From contig NC_043006.1 of NCBI RefSeq assembly GCF_006345805.1, forward strand, positions 44,826,001 through 44,890,000: a DNA stretch of 64,000 bases. The letters run 5' to 3'. Below, in pieces: positions 1 through 50,150 of the stretch. Positions within the stretch are counted from its first letter, which is position 1. Each line of letters opens with the position of its first letter. The notes beneath the pieces were generated by a model. It ran no database searches, was not told where the DNA came from, and saw nothing but the letters and a program-made list of their open reading frames with translations. The stretch is from Octopus sinensis. Its lineage: Eukaryota. A program made the translations under genes and the position numbers.

Positions 1-519
1 TCACAGGCTTTGGGATCGATTCCAGTGAGAGATAAATAACATTTAATAAATGCAGTGTAAAGGTACGAGCTACTGTTAGTTTCATACTTTGGAGATGCAT
101 TCTTGGTAGGTATTTATAACACGCCTTGTGTCTCCTGAAGATTGCTTGGAGATACAAGGATCAGCTGAAGTAAAGCCTAAAACATATTCTTTTATTCTTT
201 TATTCATTTACTTGTTTCAATCCTTTAACTGCAGCCATGCTGGAGCATCGCCTTTAGTCGAACAGATCAACCCCAGGACTTATTCTTTGTAAGCTTAGTA
301 CTTATTCTATCGGTCTCTTTCGCCGAACCGCTAAATTACGGGGACGTAAACACACCAACATCGGTTGTCAGACACAAAGACACACACACACAAGCACTCG
401 TACACACGCATATGTAAGCAATTTATACGCAATACATACATATATATATGTGTGTATGTATGTGTGTGTGTTTATTTAGGGATAACACTGTTTATACATG
501 TACGTGTATATATCTGTAT

Positions 520-596
<77 letters not shown>

Positions 597-752
597 TACA
601 TGCCTTGTGTCTCTTGAAGATTGCTTGGAGACACAAGGCGTGTTATAAAAAGTCTGCCTAGACTGCATCTCCAGTGTATGAAACCTACTAGTAGCTCGTA
701 CTGAGCGCTGCTTCAATTTAAGTTTGGTTGTCGTAGATAAAAACACACACGC

Positions 753-990
<238 letters not shown>

Positions 991-1134
991 AAATCACCCC
1001 ACATTATTTTATGGTTAATACCATTAAAGAATTCTGGTGTATCTAAGTTAGTACCATATTCATTTGAATTCATTGGAATTCACTTGAATCTTAATTGTTT
1101 TTGCTGTATGTGTATATATATGTATGTATGTATG

Positions 1135-1176
<42 letters not shown>

Positions 1177-1573
1177 ATATATATATCTATATATATATAT
1201 ATATATTATATATATATATATATATATTATACATACGCGTGCCCGTGTGCACACCTAAATTATATAAGTTTATGAAGACGGATCTAAATTTTGAGACAAG
1301 TCTTCCTTCGTCTGCTACTCGAGGGAAAAACGCGTTTCCAGCTCTGATTTGTTTCTTCCTACTCTTCGTTTGCTGTTAGACGAAGAGTATCTTTTACTCA
1401 AATTATCCAAGCTATTTAAATTATCCAAGCTGGAGACGATGTCTTCTGGGGCTAAATTACAGCAGCATTCGTCCTAAACTAGGACTGCCATGTTATGGTA
1501 GCAAACAATCTTTACTCCAAAGTACTGTTGCTGAATTTCTCTTGTTGTCAGATTTAAAAATAGTAATTTTCTA

Positions 1574-1643
<70 letters not shown>

Positions 1644-1668
1644 CTTTTATGTTAAATAGTTACATTAT

Positions 1669-2078
1669 ATAGCAGTATGCCCGAGGATAGGACGTTTGCT
1701 CGGTTTTTGTTTTTTTAGTTGTGCTTTAAACGGCACACTTTGATGTCGCATTAACAAAGTTTTGACAGTTTCAATTCTTTTGAAAAGTAAAAGTTTTGCA
1801 TTATGTAGCTTGTTACTCTCTTTAAGTGAACATTTTTCTGGTTGAAATACACCGAAAAATGGCGACACAGCAGTCAAAAATCGTAAAAAATAGGAATTTT
1901 CATAGAAAAAAAGCACCTTTTTGATGTAAATAGTTTTTGGTGTTAACATGGTCCAATTTGAATTTTTTCTTCTATGGAATGAAGAGCAAGCCTTCTTCTA
2001 TCATACTCTTAATTTTGGTCAACCTGCGCCGCAGAGTCTCGGAGGAGATAGTGTTAGTTGAAGGCTACCAAACCTGCC

Positions 2079-2158
<80 letters not shown>

Positions 2159-2179
2159 CTTCAGCTTTATATGTATAGA
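1669..2179 (-). mobile_element. Non-autonomous Helitron-like element, copy 1 (internal (CA)n)
   Basis: Close match to 35774-36168. The minus strand begins TCTATAC..AAAGCTGAAG and ends in a degenerate hairpin plus CTAG-like terminus. Confidence 0.6.
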
Positions 2180-3650
2180 TTTTATTATTCAGATTAGAGC
2201 GTCTATTGGAATGCGTGTTGTGATTGTGTGAATGTGCCTTTGTGTACACGTTATTATCTTACATATATGAGGTGGCGAGCTGACAGAATCGTTTAGCATG
2301 CTGGGCAAAATACTTAGCGACATTTCGTCCGTCTTTAAGTTCTGAGATAGAATTCCGACGAGGTCGACTTAGCCTTTCATCCTTTGCAGGTCGATAAAAT
2401 AAATACCAATTGAACACTGGGTTCGATGTAATCGACTGAACATCTCCTCAGAAATTGCAGTGCCTGTGCCAAAATTTCAAACCATAATTACCTTACATAT
2501 GTTAGTATTCACATTTATATATACGTTGTAACTATGTTGTTATATGGATGTAGCATTTACCGGATGGTTAAGAAGTTCTCATCGAAATCATGGACTATAG
2601 TCTCGAGCCCTCGGAGTGAAATCGGTTAGATGGAAAGTGTGTGTGTGTGTGTATATGTGTGTGTATGTGTGTGTGTATGTGTGTGTGTGTATGTGTGTGT
2701 GTGTATGTGTGTGTGTGAGGGAGAGAGAGAGACGCTGATGATTGTATATATGCTTTAAAGCAGATATGGGCCAACTGCAATGTCGTATCACGCTGACTTA
2801 ATCTGAGAATTACGTGAAGCGTACGCGTATAAGTGGAATGTTATCACTTTAAGCCCATTCACTGAGTAGGATGCACAGTTGACTACATAACTGAATAAGC
2901 TTTGTTGACACTAAAGAAGACACACTTTTAATTTTATTATTAAAAGTACAAGTTTGGTTCAGACCTTTTACCTTCTTCCACATTTCTAAAGAATATCTAA
3001 CTCCAGTAAAATAAAGCTTGGATGGTATTTAAAAGTTATTGGTTGTGGTTATTCTTGGCTCCGCAATCTACTGTTTCATGACTTTGCTGACAGGTGAAGA
3101 TATCTATACGTCTCTGTTGGTCAATATTCATGAATATATCAGTGAACATTATTTTAGTATCAGAGATATTGTTTTTTTTTTATTGCCTCAGACCAACCTG
3201 TAGTTGAGTGCACCTTAGTTTAAACGTATATCAGTCATGGCCGCCCCGTTCTTTTTTTTGTTGTTGTTGGGCACACTGAGCCAGGGAACACTAATGGAGA
3301 GTAAATAACTAGACAGTCTACCTTAAAACACCGTATGTATATATACACACAAACAAACACAGTTACTTAAATATTCAGAGCAAGAGCATTCAATAATTTT
3401 GATTTTCATGCATTTAGCTACTTTATGTCAACATAATAGAAATTATCAATTGATCTGATATTCCTATACTTTTATTATTCATTCAAAGTGGGAAGATAAA
3501 CAGTAAGTAACCTTTCTAGTCAAATCATTTTCTAACATTAGAAGATAAACAAATACCTAACAGCGATTACTACCGACTGATAATGAGAAAGAGAAGTACT
3601 ACCAAGTAATTAAAAATTCTCTCTCTCTTTGTTTGTTTGTTTGTTTGTTT

Positions 3651-3720
<70 letters not shown>

Positions 3721-3824
3721 GCACACACACAGACATATATGTGCTTATATGTAAGTGTGAATATATGTATGTGTGTATGTATCTATCAATCTCTCTCTCT
3801 ATCTATATGCATATACATACATAC

Positions 3825-5490
3825 TGTTGTAGGAAATTAGTAATAATGGTACACCCCTCCCCTTTGACGAACGGAAAACCCTAGCCACTATAAGTAAAGA
3901 GAAGTACGTGAAGTACCAGAGTACGTAGTAGGCAGTTATAGATAGTCGTGTTTTTACTGGTTTTACTAAATATACCTTATACTGAAATGGGCGCTATAAT
4001 AATCAAACATTTGTAAGGATATAACAATGGCGACGAGGATTTAAACAACTCACGAGAAATTAATAAATTCTACAAGGAATTAACAACTCACGAGAAGTTA
4101 AAAAAACTTACGAAGTTTTATTGTGTGAATTTTACGAAAAAAAAAACGATCGTAAAATTTATGAAAAACTTGTTGGCCGGTTTGCTCGAGTTACAGAAAG
4201 AGCAACAACAATTGAAAGTATAACAGCAACAATTACTATTACTGCAATAAATGCTGAAATAGTAATAAATGAAGTCGTCAGGAAATTCCGAAAAAGTGTT
4301 TTCGCCAGACTATGTCGCGAACTCCATAACAAAGTTCAAATACGAACATGACGAGTTGACGAGATGAAAACACGTTTAATCTTGAGAAAACTGGCGGCAA
4401 CAGAACATAAACAATACAGTAATTTTGTACTTCCAAGAAAACATTCGAACATAAACATTAGTGACACAATAGATATAGTGTGTAAAAGTTTCAGTGAAAA
4501 AAGCTCATTGTTCAAAATACGTTTGAAGTGTCTGAACATACAGAAAAACAACGACGAAGACTAGATTACATATGATGGTTGAGTCAACAGAAAATGCGAG
4601 GAGTTTAATCTGGTAGAATTAATGCTAGATATGTTCAAAAGCCTGATTTTTACATAGGGACTTACTGCCGAAAATGTCGCAGATGTTAGAACTAGTATTC
4701 TCGGAAAGCTGGTACAAAACCAGGATATAACCCTACAGCAAGTGTCGGAAGAATGTGAGAGGAGAGTCAAAGACACGACACAGGGAATTGAACGTAAAGA
4801 TTGTTTCTAAGTAAAACAAGTGCGAAATAGTCAGAATAGAGATTAAGTGTTTTCTAAAAAACACGGCAAAAATCAGGAAATAAACCCATGTTTTGCATGT
4901 GGAGGTATACCCCTGAGGAAAAATGGTCCATTAAAAAAAGCGGAGTGCTTTCGTTGTGGAGATATCAAACATATAAAGACGCACTGTAGAACGAAGATGA
5001 CAAAAGGTTAGAACAAAGGAAAAAGAACAAATAGTATGTCATTGGAAGAAATTGGTAATATAACAATGAGGAAATTCGTGAATGTGAAAATCAGAAATAC
5101 AAGTGTTAAAATGTGATTGGAAACTGGAAGTGATATCACCATTATAAACGTAAAAACGTGGAAATATGTCGGTAAGCTGAAATTAAATCGAAAAAGGTAG
5201 CACCTGGTGTTATAGGAAAAAGAGTATATTTTTTCGGTGAATTCGTATGTTAAGTAACATTGCAAGGTCAAATGAAAAAGGCAAAGATACATGTGTTAAA
5301 AAGTTCACTTAATTTATTCAGCAAAGAATGGATGAAACTATTCAAAGTATGGAATATGTCCATAAGTGTTCTGTTGAAATACAGTCGGTTCAGTCGAAGG
5401 TTCGAATGCGGCTGAGAGACTAAAGCAAAAAAAAATGCAGTAAAACAGAGTGGAACACGTGTATGTAAACCAAAACGAAATGAAAAATTG
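3825..5490 (+). mobile_element. Degenerate Ty3/Gypsy LTR retrotransposon (5' LTR, PBS, gag and protease remnants)
   Basis: LTR TGTTGT...ATAACA (3825-4026); PBS TGGCGACGAGGAT (4028-4040); gag-like KTRLILRKL..SLFKIRLKC; zinc knuckle CFRCGDIKHIKTHC; protease-like LETGSDITII; many stops. Confidence 0.75.
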
Positions 5491-5495
5491 CACAC

Positions 5496-6042
5496 GATGC
5501 AGTACCAGGCAGTGGCTCTCATGGCTTCTGATCTTAACTGATTGAAAGTGTTATTATGTATATTGTTTTGTCTTAGTATAAAAGATGGGCTACAGCAAAT
5601 ATTCTGTTCAATACCACATATTTGCTTGTCAGTTGTTTGACCTTACCAGTTGAGCTTGTCCCTTAGTGGCTGACGATATGTGCATCTCTGATCACGAGTA
5701 GAAGTAGCGGGGGAGCATCATAGCCGTGTGTTGAAAGGAATTCTTAGAGGTTTGGATAATTCACCTCTGGAAACATGGGTGTTTCGTTCAACATCCTTAA
5801 AAACCCTTATTGAGGAACCTTTTGAGCAGGATGGGTTACTCAACCTGAAGAAAATTCTAACTGGGCCCCACCTGCAAGGTCATGCGCTGTTTATCTTGAT
5901 ATGAGATCACAATGTCGCGCACATATGGTTGTGATGCATGTGCCTGGAGTATCCTTATCAGACAGGTAGTCATGATGGGTGTACTGGGCTTTGTATATTT
6001 TACCCCAGTATCACTTTGATGGCATGCACTGCTCTCTCACTC
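5496..6042 (+). mobile_element. About 550-bp interspersed repeat ending in (TAA)n, probably the 3' end/UTR of a Dong/R4-type LINE, copy 1
   Basis: Also present at 14111-14668 and, inverted and shorter, at 38728-39223. Variable 5' ends and a constant 3' end followed by a TAA tail. Confidence 0.7.
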
Positions 6043-6094
<52 letters not shown>

Positions 6095-6095
<1 letters not shown>

Positions 6096-6440
6096 GGGTA
6101 TCTAAAAGTATTAGAATCTGACAGAGTACTGACTACAGAAATGAAAACGAATATTGAGAAGGAGTACATCAGAAGGGTTAGGAAGCTAATGAAGTCAAAG
6201 CTAAATGGTCTGAATCTAGTGGAGGCTGTAAATATTTGCGCACTATAATTACTTAGATACTCAGCAGCTTTTGTAGACTGGACAAAAACTGAATTAGCAA
6301 AGTCAGACAGAACCAGGAAGGGATTCAATATGAATGGAGGACTCCACCCAAGGGCAGGAGTAGTAAGATTATACCTACCTAGAAAGGAAGGCTTAATATC
6401 AGTAGAAGACTGCGTGGAGTTAGCTAGAGTAGATATAGAC
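6095..6440 (+). mobile_element. R4/Dong-like LINE internal fragment
   Basis: EYIRRVRKLMKSKLNG...GGLHPRAGVVRLYLPRKEG, homologous to the ORF at 39360-40655. Confidence 0.75.
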
Positions 6441-6596
6441 GGTCGTTTTGCCTATAAACACGCTCGCTATATATTTGATCTTAACTCTTTTATTATTATT
6501 ATTATTATTCGTTTATTTATCAGAGCTATTCGTCGTAATAATAATAGTAGTAGTTGTAGTAGTAAGAGGAAGAGGAGGTGTAAGAGAAGGAGAGGG

Positions 6597-6633
<37 letters not shown>

Positions 6634-6648
6634 TATTATTATTTTATT

Positions 6649-6700
<52 letters not shown>

Positions 6701-6703
<3 letters not shown>

Positions 6704-6865
6704 TAACATACAGAAAATTGCACTACTAGGCACTGCACACATCCTACGCAGAACACTTTCCATACAATAACCATCAGAGCATCACAACAAATCACAGCAC
6801 ATACCCAAGGCACACAGAGCTGCGCTCGGTAATGAAGTGAAAGCACGCTATAAAAAATAAAACTA

Positions 6866-6870
<5 letters not shown>
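6701..6870 (+). mobile_element. 3' terminal fragment of a Dong/R4 LINE between TAA tracts
   Basis: IQKIALLGTAHILRRTLSIQ plus a 3'UTR matching 41581-41958 and 42040-43702. Confidence 0.8.
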
Positions 6871-6929
<59 letters not shown>

Positions 6930-7307
6930 TGTCTACATACATATTTATATCCACACATGCAGGCATGTTTGTATGAATGTTTAAAACTAAGGCAGAGAAA
7001 GAGCGTAGTGTTTAGAGTATTAAATCAACAACCATGAGATGTATTAGCTGAATGTGTTTTATATTAAATGCAGAAATCGCCATATCAATGGTGGTTAAAT
7101 ATAAGTACCACCCCTTTTAGTACCCTCATCATTAGCCCCTCACCCTCTTGAACTATCTTTCCTCTTCTCACCATTCGCAAGTGAGATAGAACCCGGTTGT
7201 TATCCATGCATCCGTGCCCACGTTTAGAATTGTATATGTAAGGAACATTTCGTTGCGACATTAAAATAAATGTCAAAACTAATTATAATGATAAAAAGGA
7301 AATAAAT

Positions 7308-7470
7308 AGGCGCAGCCATGACAGTGTGGTAAATATATTCGATTTGCAACCTCGTGGATTCGGGTTCAGTCCCACTGCGCGGCACCTTATCCAAGTATCT
7401 TCTCCCAATGTCTTTGGTAGATAGAAACTTTGAGGAAACCTGCCTGTCTTGTATATATATATATATATAT

Positions 7471-7510
<40 letters not shown>

Positions 7511-7770
7511 CAGGCTTCCTCAAAGTTATATATGTGGCATGTATCTGTGTGTGTGTGTATTTATGTTGTGTTTGTACTCCCACCGTTTGACAGCTGGTGT
7601 TGGTTTGCTTACGTCCTCATAACTTAGCGGTTCGAAAAAAGACGCCGATAGAAGTAACAAACTTGGAAAAATCACTACTGAGATCGACCTGTTCGATTTA
7701 AAAGAAAAAAGTAACCTTCAAGATGGAGCCCCAGCATGGCCGCAGTCCGCTGATTGAAGCAAGTAAAAGA
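7308..7770 (+). mobile_element. tRNA-derived SINE (major family)
   Basis: Head GGCGCAGCCATG..GGGTTCAGTCCCAC, internal TA repeat, tail CAGCATGGCCGCAGTC. Confidence 0.75.
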
Positions 7771-9015
7771 TAACACAACTCGAAACATTAGTTGCTAAAA
7801 GAATAATACATTTACAGATGGAATATGCATCAATTAGTGATAACGTATAGGAGAACTTTAATTATCTCACCTTATATTAATTAGATGACATATTTAGTTT
7901 TATTTGATATATTTTCGATATCATAGGAAATCACAAACTTATTATCTGTTGTTATTGCTATTGCTTTACTATCGATATCTATTTTAGGCGCACTCAGCCT
8001 TTGAAGGAACTAAATCCGCGTATGCAGAAAATATATTTTGATAAGTCATACAGGTTAAAGGATATTGCGTGATTAATTAGAGCATTACTTTCAATTGCGT
8101 CATAAGTTTTCACATGTTTTAAGTTTTACTTTATGGAAATATGATTTTTTAAGAATAGAATGATTAATGGAAATAAATCGCCACTCAATAGAACATTTGT
8201 TTCTTCCTCAATCTGAAAAGGAGGGTGGAATGGGGGAAATCCATGACAATTACAAAAGAACTGTATAAGTAAATTAATGTAGGTATGTCATACCTGAGTT
8301 GTTCGAGGTGAGGGATTGGCAGAAACAGTACACCACCACACACACACACAACACACACACACACACACCACACACACACACGTGCATGGTCAGGTGTGAA
8401 AGAAATTTCTGTCATAAACACTGAAGCTAGTAAGAAGTGAAGTTATATTATAGATTGTCCTACAAGCAAAGCTCAGTGAAAGAGCCGGGGCTCTTGCAGT
8501 GTTCTTGAGACAAAAATTCAAAATACACAGGTACAAGACTCTATGAGTTATAATTTTTCTGTCTGGTAACCAACACTAAAAGCTTACGTTTTATTTAATA
8601 TAGCAAATGACAAAAGATAAATAAGTAAATTTTATATCATAAGTACTAAATTGCAAAAGGACAATTAATCACATACGTATACATGTATGTATTTATGTGT
8701 GTGTGTGTGTGTGTGTGTGAAAAGCCCTGTCATAACTAGCCTGAAACTCTGTATTGCAAGTCTGACTCATCCAAAATATCATTAATCTCTGCTAGAGTGT
8801 GGGTACCTTTATTTTTTGACAGTCGATACTAAACGAGTACACACACACACATACATGCGTACACTTTCAATGTACAATCACTTTTATAATGATTTCTCTC
8901 TTTTATTTCCAATAATTCAGCAATTTTTTAAACGGAAAATAACAAGTAAGGATTACAATTTATGAGGAAAAATATAAACAACTGACTGTTTTCTGCGAGA
9001 CATTGTTTACGCAAG

Positions 9016-45158
<36,143 letters not shown>

Positions 45159-45582
45159 TCTGTTCTTGTCAACTATCATTACAATCTACAGAACATTTAT
45201 GTACGCAGACGCGTACTTAATGCACATAAACATATCAAAAGTAAATAGACGCAATCAGTTTTGAAAGATTTATTTTCTAAAAACAAAATAATGTCATTTG
45301 ATGTATTAAAATACTTAATCAAGTATTTATTAGACATGTTTTCTGCAGTTTTTAAATACTTTAACCCCCTTAAGAATCGAACTGATGAACAGCATCTGCA
45401 CAGATAAAACGGTATTTTGAGGGAGGGCCGTCTATTTACTTTTGAGATGTCTGCATATACATACATATATATTATATGTAGCGCATAAACTTTATTGCTG
45501 TTAACTATATGAATGGTGATATTTGAAGTTACTTTTGTAACTTTTTAAACCCAAGATTGGCTATTTATTTATTGCTGTAATT

Positions 45583-45588
45583 AATAAA
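45583..45588 (+). promoter_or_regulatory. Candidate polyadenylation signal of the GTPase-pseudokinase gene
   Basis: AATAAA about 425 nt after the stop, at the end of unique AT-rich sequence and before the microsatellites resume. Confidence 0.4.
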
Positions 45589-46539
45589 ATTGATTTGTTC
45601 ATGCACAAAATACAAAATACAGTTACACACACATACACACACACACCAACCAAACCCAGGAATATTCCTACAATATTAACATTCTGCTCAATATATATGT
45701 GTGTGTATGTGTGCGCGTGCGTGTATGTGTGTATGTGTGTACGTGTGTGTGTATGTGTGTGTGTAAATGTGAATGTGTGTGTGTGTATATATATATATAT
45801 ATTTACTATACTCTTTTAGAAGCTTAAACTCGAGGGCCGTGACGATGCTGGGATGTATATATGTATATAACGAGAGCGTAAAAATAAAGGAAATTGAATC
45901 AGACAGACATGGAGAGTCAAAATATAGAGGTTCTTGTAATTATGGACTGAATCGAGGAAAACAGGAAATCCTTGAGGCCATGCAATACGCTGTCAAAAAA
46001 TCTTGATTATCATTTCTACTTCGCTTTGTTTTTTAATGGTCCATGTATTATAGATATTAACACTAACTTGTCTACACATTAGACATCCAGAGCATTTTAA
46101 ATTATACAAAACATGTCCTTATTGATACACAATACTCTATAAGGTTTATGACCGCTACATTAGTAATCTGACTGGTTCAGCGCATCCCGCCTCAAACACG
46201 CCTTCCTTCCATACATCAATCCAAGTAACTTAACTCATCCAGAAAACTGGTAGTTAATCAACAGCAGTTAATACATAGGTTTTCTTAATCTGTGTGTTTG
46301 AGGCTAATGATCAAAACAGTGAATGATAATAATTTATAAAATAATTATTAAACATATAAATTTGTGATATTCTTTTCCTTTTGATAATAAAAATGCTACG
46401 AAAATGTTTTCCGGTATTCGTTTTTGTTTATATGTGTCTATTGATTGTATTATCTGTTACATTTTTGTCTGCCTGCATTTCTACGTATCTGGATGTTTCT
46501 GTGTGTTTGCATAAGACTAAATATATGTTTGTAATGTCT

Positions 46540-46731
46540 GTGTATAGACGGCTTTCCTTCAAAAAATGAATCACGAAGTTCATGTGGCCAATGTACTATC
46601 GCCCTTTTTCCGTTTACAAAGTATAGCATTTGTATGTGTATAGACGGCTTTCCTTCAAAAAATGAATCACGAAGTTCATGTGGCCAATGTACTATCGACC
46701 TTTTTCCGTTTACAAAGTATAGCATTTGTAT
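46540..46731. repeat. Direct tandem duplication, 96-bp unit x2
   Basis: TAGACGGCTTTCC starts at 46545 and 46641; the copies are nearly identical. Confidence 0.9.
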
Positions 46732-46767
46732 GTGTGTACATATGTAACACATGCATCAGACATGCAA

Positions 46768-46857
<90 letters not shown>

Positions 46858-47179
46858 TTTACTTATAATCTAGTTTCTTACAGTCATTAACTTGTAGATA
46901 TTCTGAATGCTGGGCACAGCTGCGTTACGAGACTGAGTGAACCTGTGAAGATCATTGGTTCCTGTTCACAAAAGCATGCAAAGATAAGCCAGTCGATCGA
47001 ACGTTATGAAGACCAAGAGAAGAAATAGTCTACTGCGGAAAAAAGCAATTGGGTTTTATATGGTGGAATGAGTTATCACTACTGCTGCTGCAAACAATAA
47101 AAAATGTACATAGAAAAATGGCCGTACCATTTGGCAATATTAGTGAGAAGCTTTATTATTGTTGTTATTATTTACTTAA

Positions 47180-48100
47180 CCTGATTTATCTACGTAACGT
47201 CTCAACTCATGTGTTGTTCCAAGCATTGTCAACTGAGTTCAGCCTACGAAGTTTGGTATTTGTAGCTTTTGATGCAAGAATATTGCTGTCTTTGAGATGG
47301 TCCCGATCACAACAGGCACCACACGCATTGTTGAGGCTCATTGGATGCATTTCCCTTCCAATGCCAAGTTTTGGTACTTCCCGACTTTCTCGCCCTCTGA
47401 TTTCACAAAATTCTGGTCATCAGAAATTGCTACATCAAGGGAAGTCCATTGTTTGGACTCCTTCCGTGGGAGAATGATACGTTGTCGGTTATGTTGCAGT
47501 TTCTTATCTGTGTAGATTGGGCATATCTCATGTGAGTTCCACCTGATCAGTCACTGTTGCTGGAAAAGGTTGGTTCCCATACCACTTTCTGGAACATTAT
47601 AGCCCATACTTACTGAGCAGCTCCCAGTGTATTCTCACCGCTAGTTTGTCATGACGTTTTTGTATTCCTTTTGGTTCAGTTTTGGGCATATGTCTAACTG
47701 TTTCAGATTAATTTTCACATAGGTGATACTACTATCTTATAATTACTACACTTGATTGAGTTGGTTCGTAAAGCTTGTTCTTGAACAGCAAGATTCAACC
47801 CTGTCTCCTTCTTTAGAAAACCATGTCTTAACCATCTCCAAAGTTCTTCATTAGCTTTATCCGATGTTTGTTGGAAAACTCTCCGTGTAGGACTTTCTCT
47901 TACCAGATGATGATCCTTTTCTCTATTAGTCCTCATATTGTATTCCTAGAGGGTCTCACCATTGTCACTTGTCACCTTCTCTCTCAGTGCAGCCTGCAAT
48001 ATTCATTCATTGCTATTCCTCAGATAGGCATGCAAGGACTTAATCTCTTTCACAACACCACCCTATATTCTACCCATTCCTCTTCCACCTTCCTTTCTAA
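47180..48100 (-). mobile_element. Decayed R4/Dong-like LINE fragment
   Basis: LWRWLRHGFLKKETGLNLAVQEQALRTN and other C-terminal motifs, with stops. Confidence 0.7.
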
Positions 48101-48499
48101 ATAAGTGAAGCCGTATTACCAGCCATGTAGCCAGCATATTGCAACTGGGGGTGCTATCTTGATAGCTGAGGGTGCTGAACAGGGGTACGGACAAAAGCTC
48201 CTACTTAAAGTGTGAAAGTGGACAAAAGCCCCATACTTATATTTTTCGGTTATTTTTTTTCGTTTTTTTTTCCACATTTCTTGACGCCTAACCTGATCAA
48301 AACTTCTGATATAATTCGTTTTTATTTTTATTTTACTTGTTGCGATCATTAAACTGAGGCCATGCTGAGACATCACCTCGAAGAATTTTCAGTCGAATGT
48401 ATCAACTCCAATATTTCATAAAATGATTTTCAACAAGCACATAGTTAAGCCTAAAAGGTCTTTCTACATGCTAGAGATAACAGCCAAATCTTTAAACAT

Positions 48500-49670
48500 T
48501 ATTTTTATAGAAACAAGGGTAGCAGAGGCTTAACATCGATACAGACTGCTTTTGAATGTCATATATCCCTTCAACAATATCTTTTAACGACCAAGTGTTG
48601 AAGTGCATTCATTGACCAAGTTTGCACACACGAGGCAGATAACATCATGAGAGTTGGAAAGCAGCTCCTTGAGCAGCGTTCCTTGTCTGATAACCTTGAA
48701 TACATGCCTAAAGAGTCGCACGACTCTGCCGCAACATATGAAAGGATGAGCATATATCAGCAGAAGACCATGTTTGGATAAATTAGCAGATGATAGTAAC
48801 ATTGATAATCGAAGCAGTCTATCATGAACCAACAACCAGATTACTAACTCTCACTTTGAAGAGAATGCGTTCGCAATCCAGGAACAAGAAATATGAAACC
48901 AAATACTTGATGTACAAAAGGGACAGAAATGTAGGGGAAATACCAAAATGTGATTACCGATGCAAACTTTGTGGAGTTAACACCAAAAATGTCATAGCGG
49001 CATTATCAACCGATGAAACACTGTGTAATGAGATCCATCGGAAGGATAACTCCGAGGTCAAAGAAATAAGAACTCATAGTATAGTAGAGGCTATAGCTAC
49101 TCATAATAAGAAGGAGTACTGTGAAAGCCTCAGTGAAATATAAACATAAAATACCTGACATAGTGATTTGGGACAGAGAAGTGAAATTGTGTGTAGTAAT
49201 AGAAATCAGCTGCCAGCAGATGTTAACTTAAAACGAAAGAATAGCGAAAAAGAAAATACCTATGCTGAACTATAGAGTAATCTATAGTCACTCTACAGAG
49301 GTTGCAAGTCCAGGTTTATAGCTGTAATCATTGAGACATTGGGATATGTAACACACTGCCTAAGTATCAATCTTGAGAAATTAACCTTCTCAAAATCAGA
49401 AAGGAGAAAGCTGATTCGAAGACTACAGATCCAAGCCATCACTGGAACTGTCAAAATTTACTCTTTTACTCTTTTACTTGTTTCAGTCATGTGACTGTGG
49501 CCATGGTAGAGCATCGCTTTTAGTCGAGAAAATCGACCCCAGGACTTATTCTTTGTAAGCCTAGTACTTATTCTATCGGTCTGTTTTGCCGAACCGCTAA
49601 GTTACGTGGGCGTAAACACACCAGCATTGGTTGTCAAGCGATGTTGAGGGGACAAACACAGACACACAAA

Positions 49671-49710
<40 letters not shown>

Positions 49711-50150
49711 ACACACACACACACACACAAAGATATATACACACACACATATATATGTATATATAACGGGCTTCTTTCAGTTTCTGTCTACCAAATCTAC
49801 TCACAAGGCTTTGGTCGGCCCGAGGCTATAGTAGAAGACACTTGCCCAAGGTGCCACGCAGTGGGACTGAATCCGGAACCATGTGGTTGGTAAGCAAGCT
49901 ACTTACCACACAGCCGCTCCTACGCCTGTAAAACTTTCCAGAAGTTTATCATCATTTAAGTATATATGATCATGACTAGACTTACAACCATACGCATGAC
50001 AATACATACATAAAACAAAGCATACAAATCTGCACACATACACACATACATGCAAAAATACCCTATTGATGTTGTTGAAATTCTAGTGAAGGAGGTTAGA
50101 AACCGGTTCTTTCTCTATTAGCAAGAAATCTTAAAATAAAACTAAATAAT
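48500..50150 (+). mobile_element. Decayed REL-type LINE 3' part interrupted by a SINE
   Basis: CDYRCKLCG, PDIVIWD..IEISC, ITGTVK...CKTFQKFII continuing after the SINE at 49458-49927. Confidence 0.65.
49458..49927 (-). mobile_element. Full-length tRNA-derived SINE with internal (CA/TA) microsatellite
   Basis: Minus-strand head GGCGTAGGAGCGGCTGTGTGGTAAG...CCGGATTCAGTCCCAC and tail GACTGAAACAAGTAAAAGAG. Confidence 0.85.

Noticed and set aside
46540-46731. CRISPR-like array
   Set aside because: Only two adjacent copies, no spacers, and a eukaryotic context.
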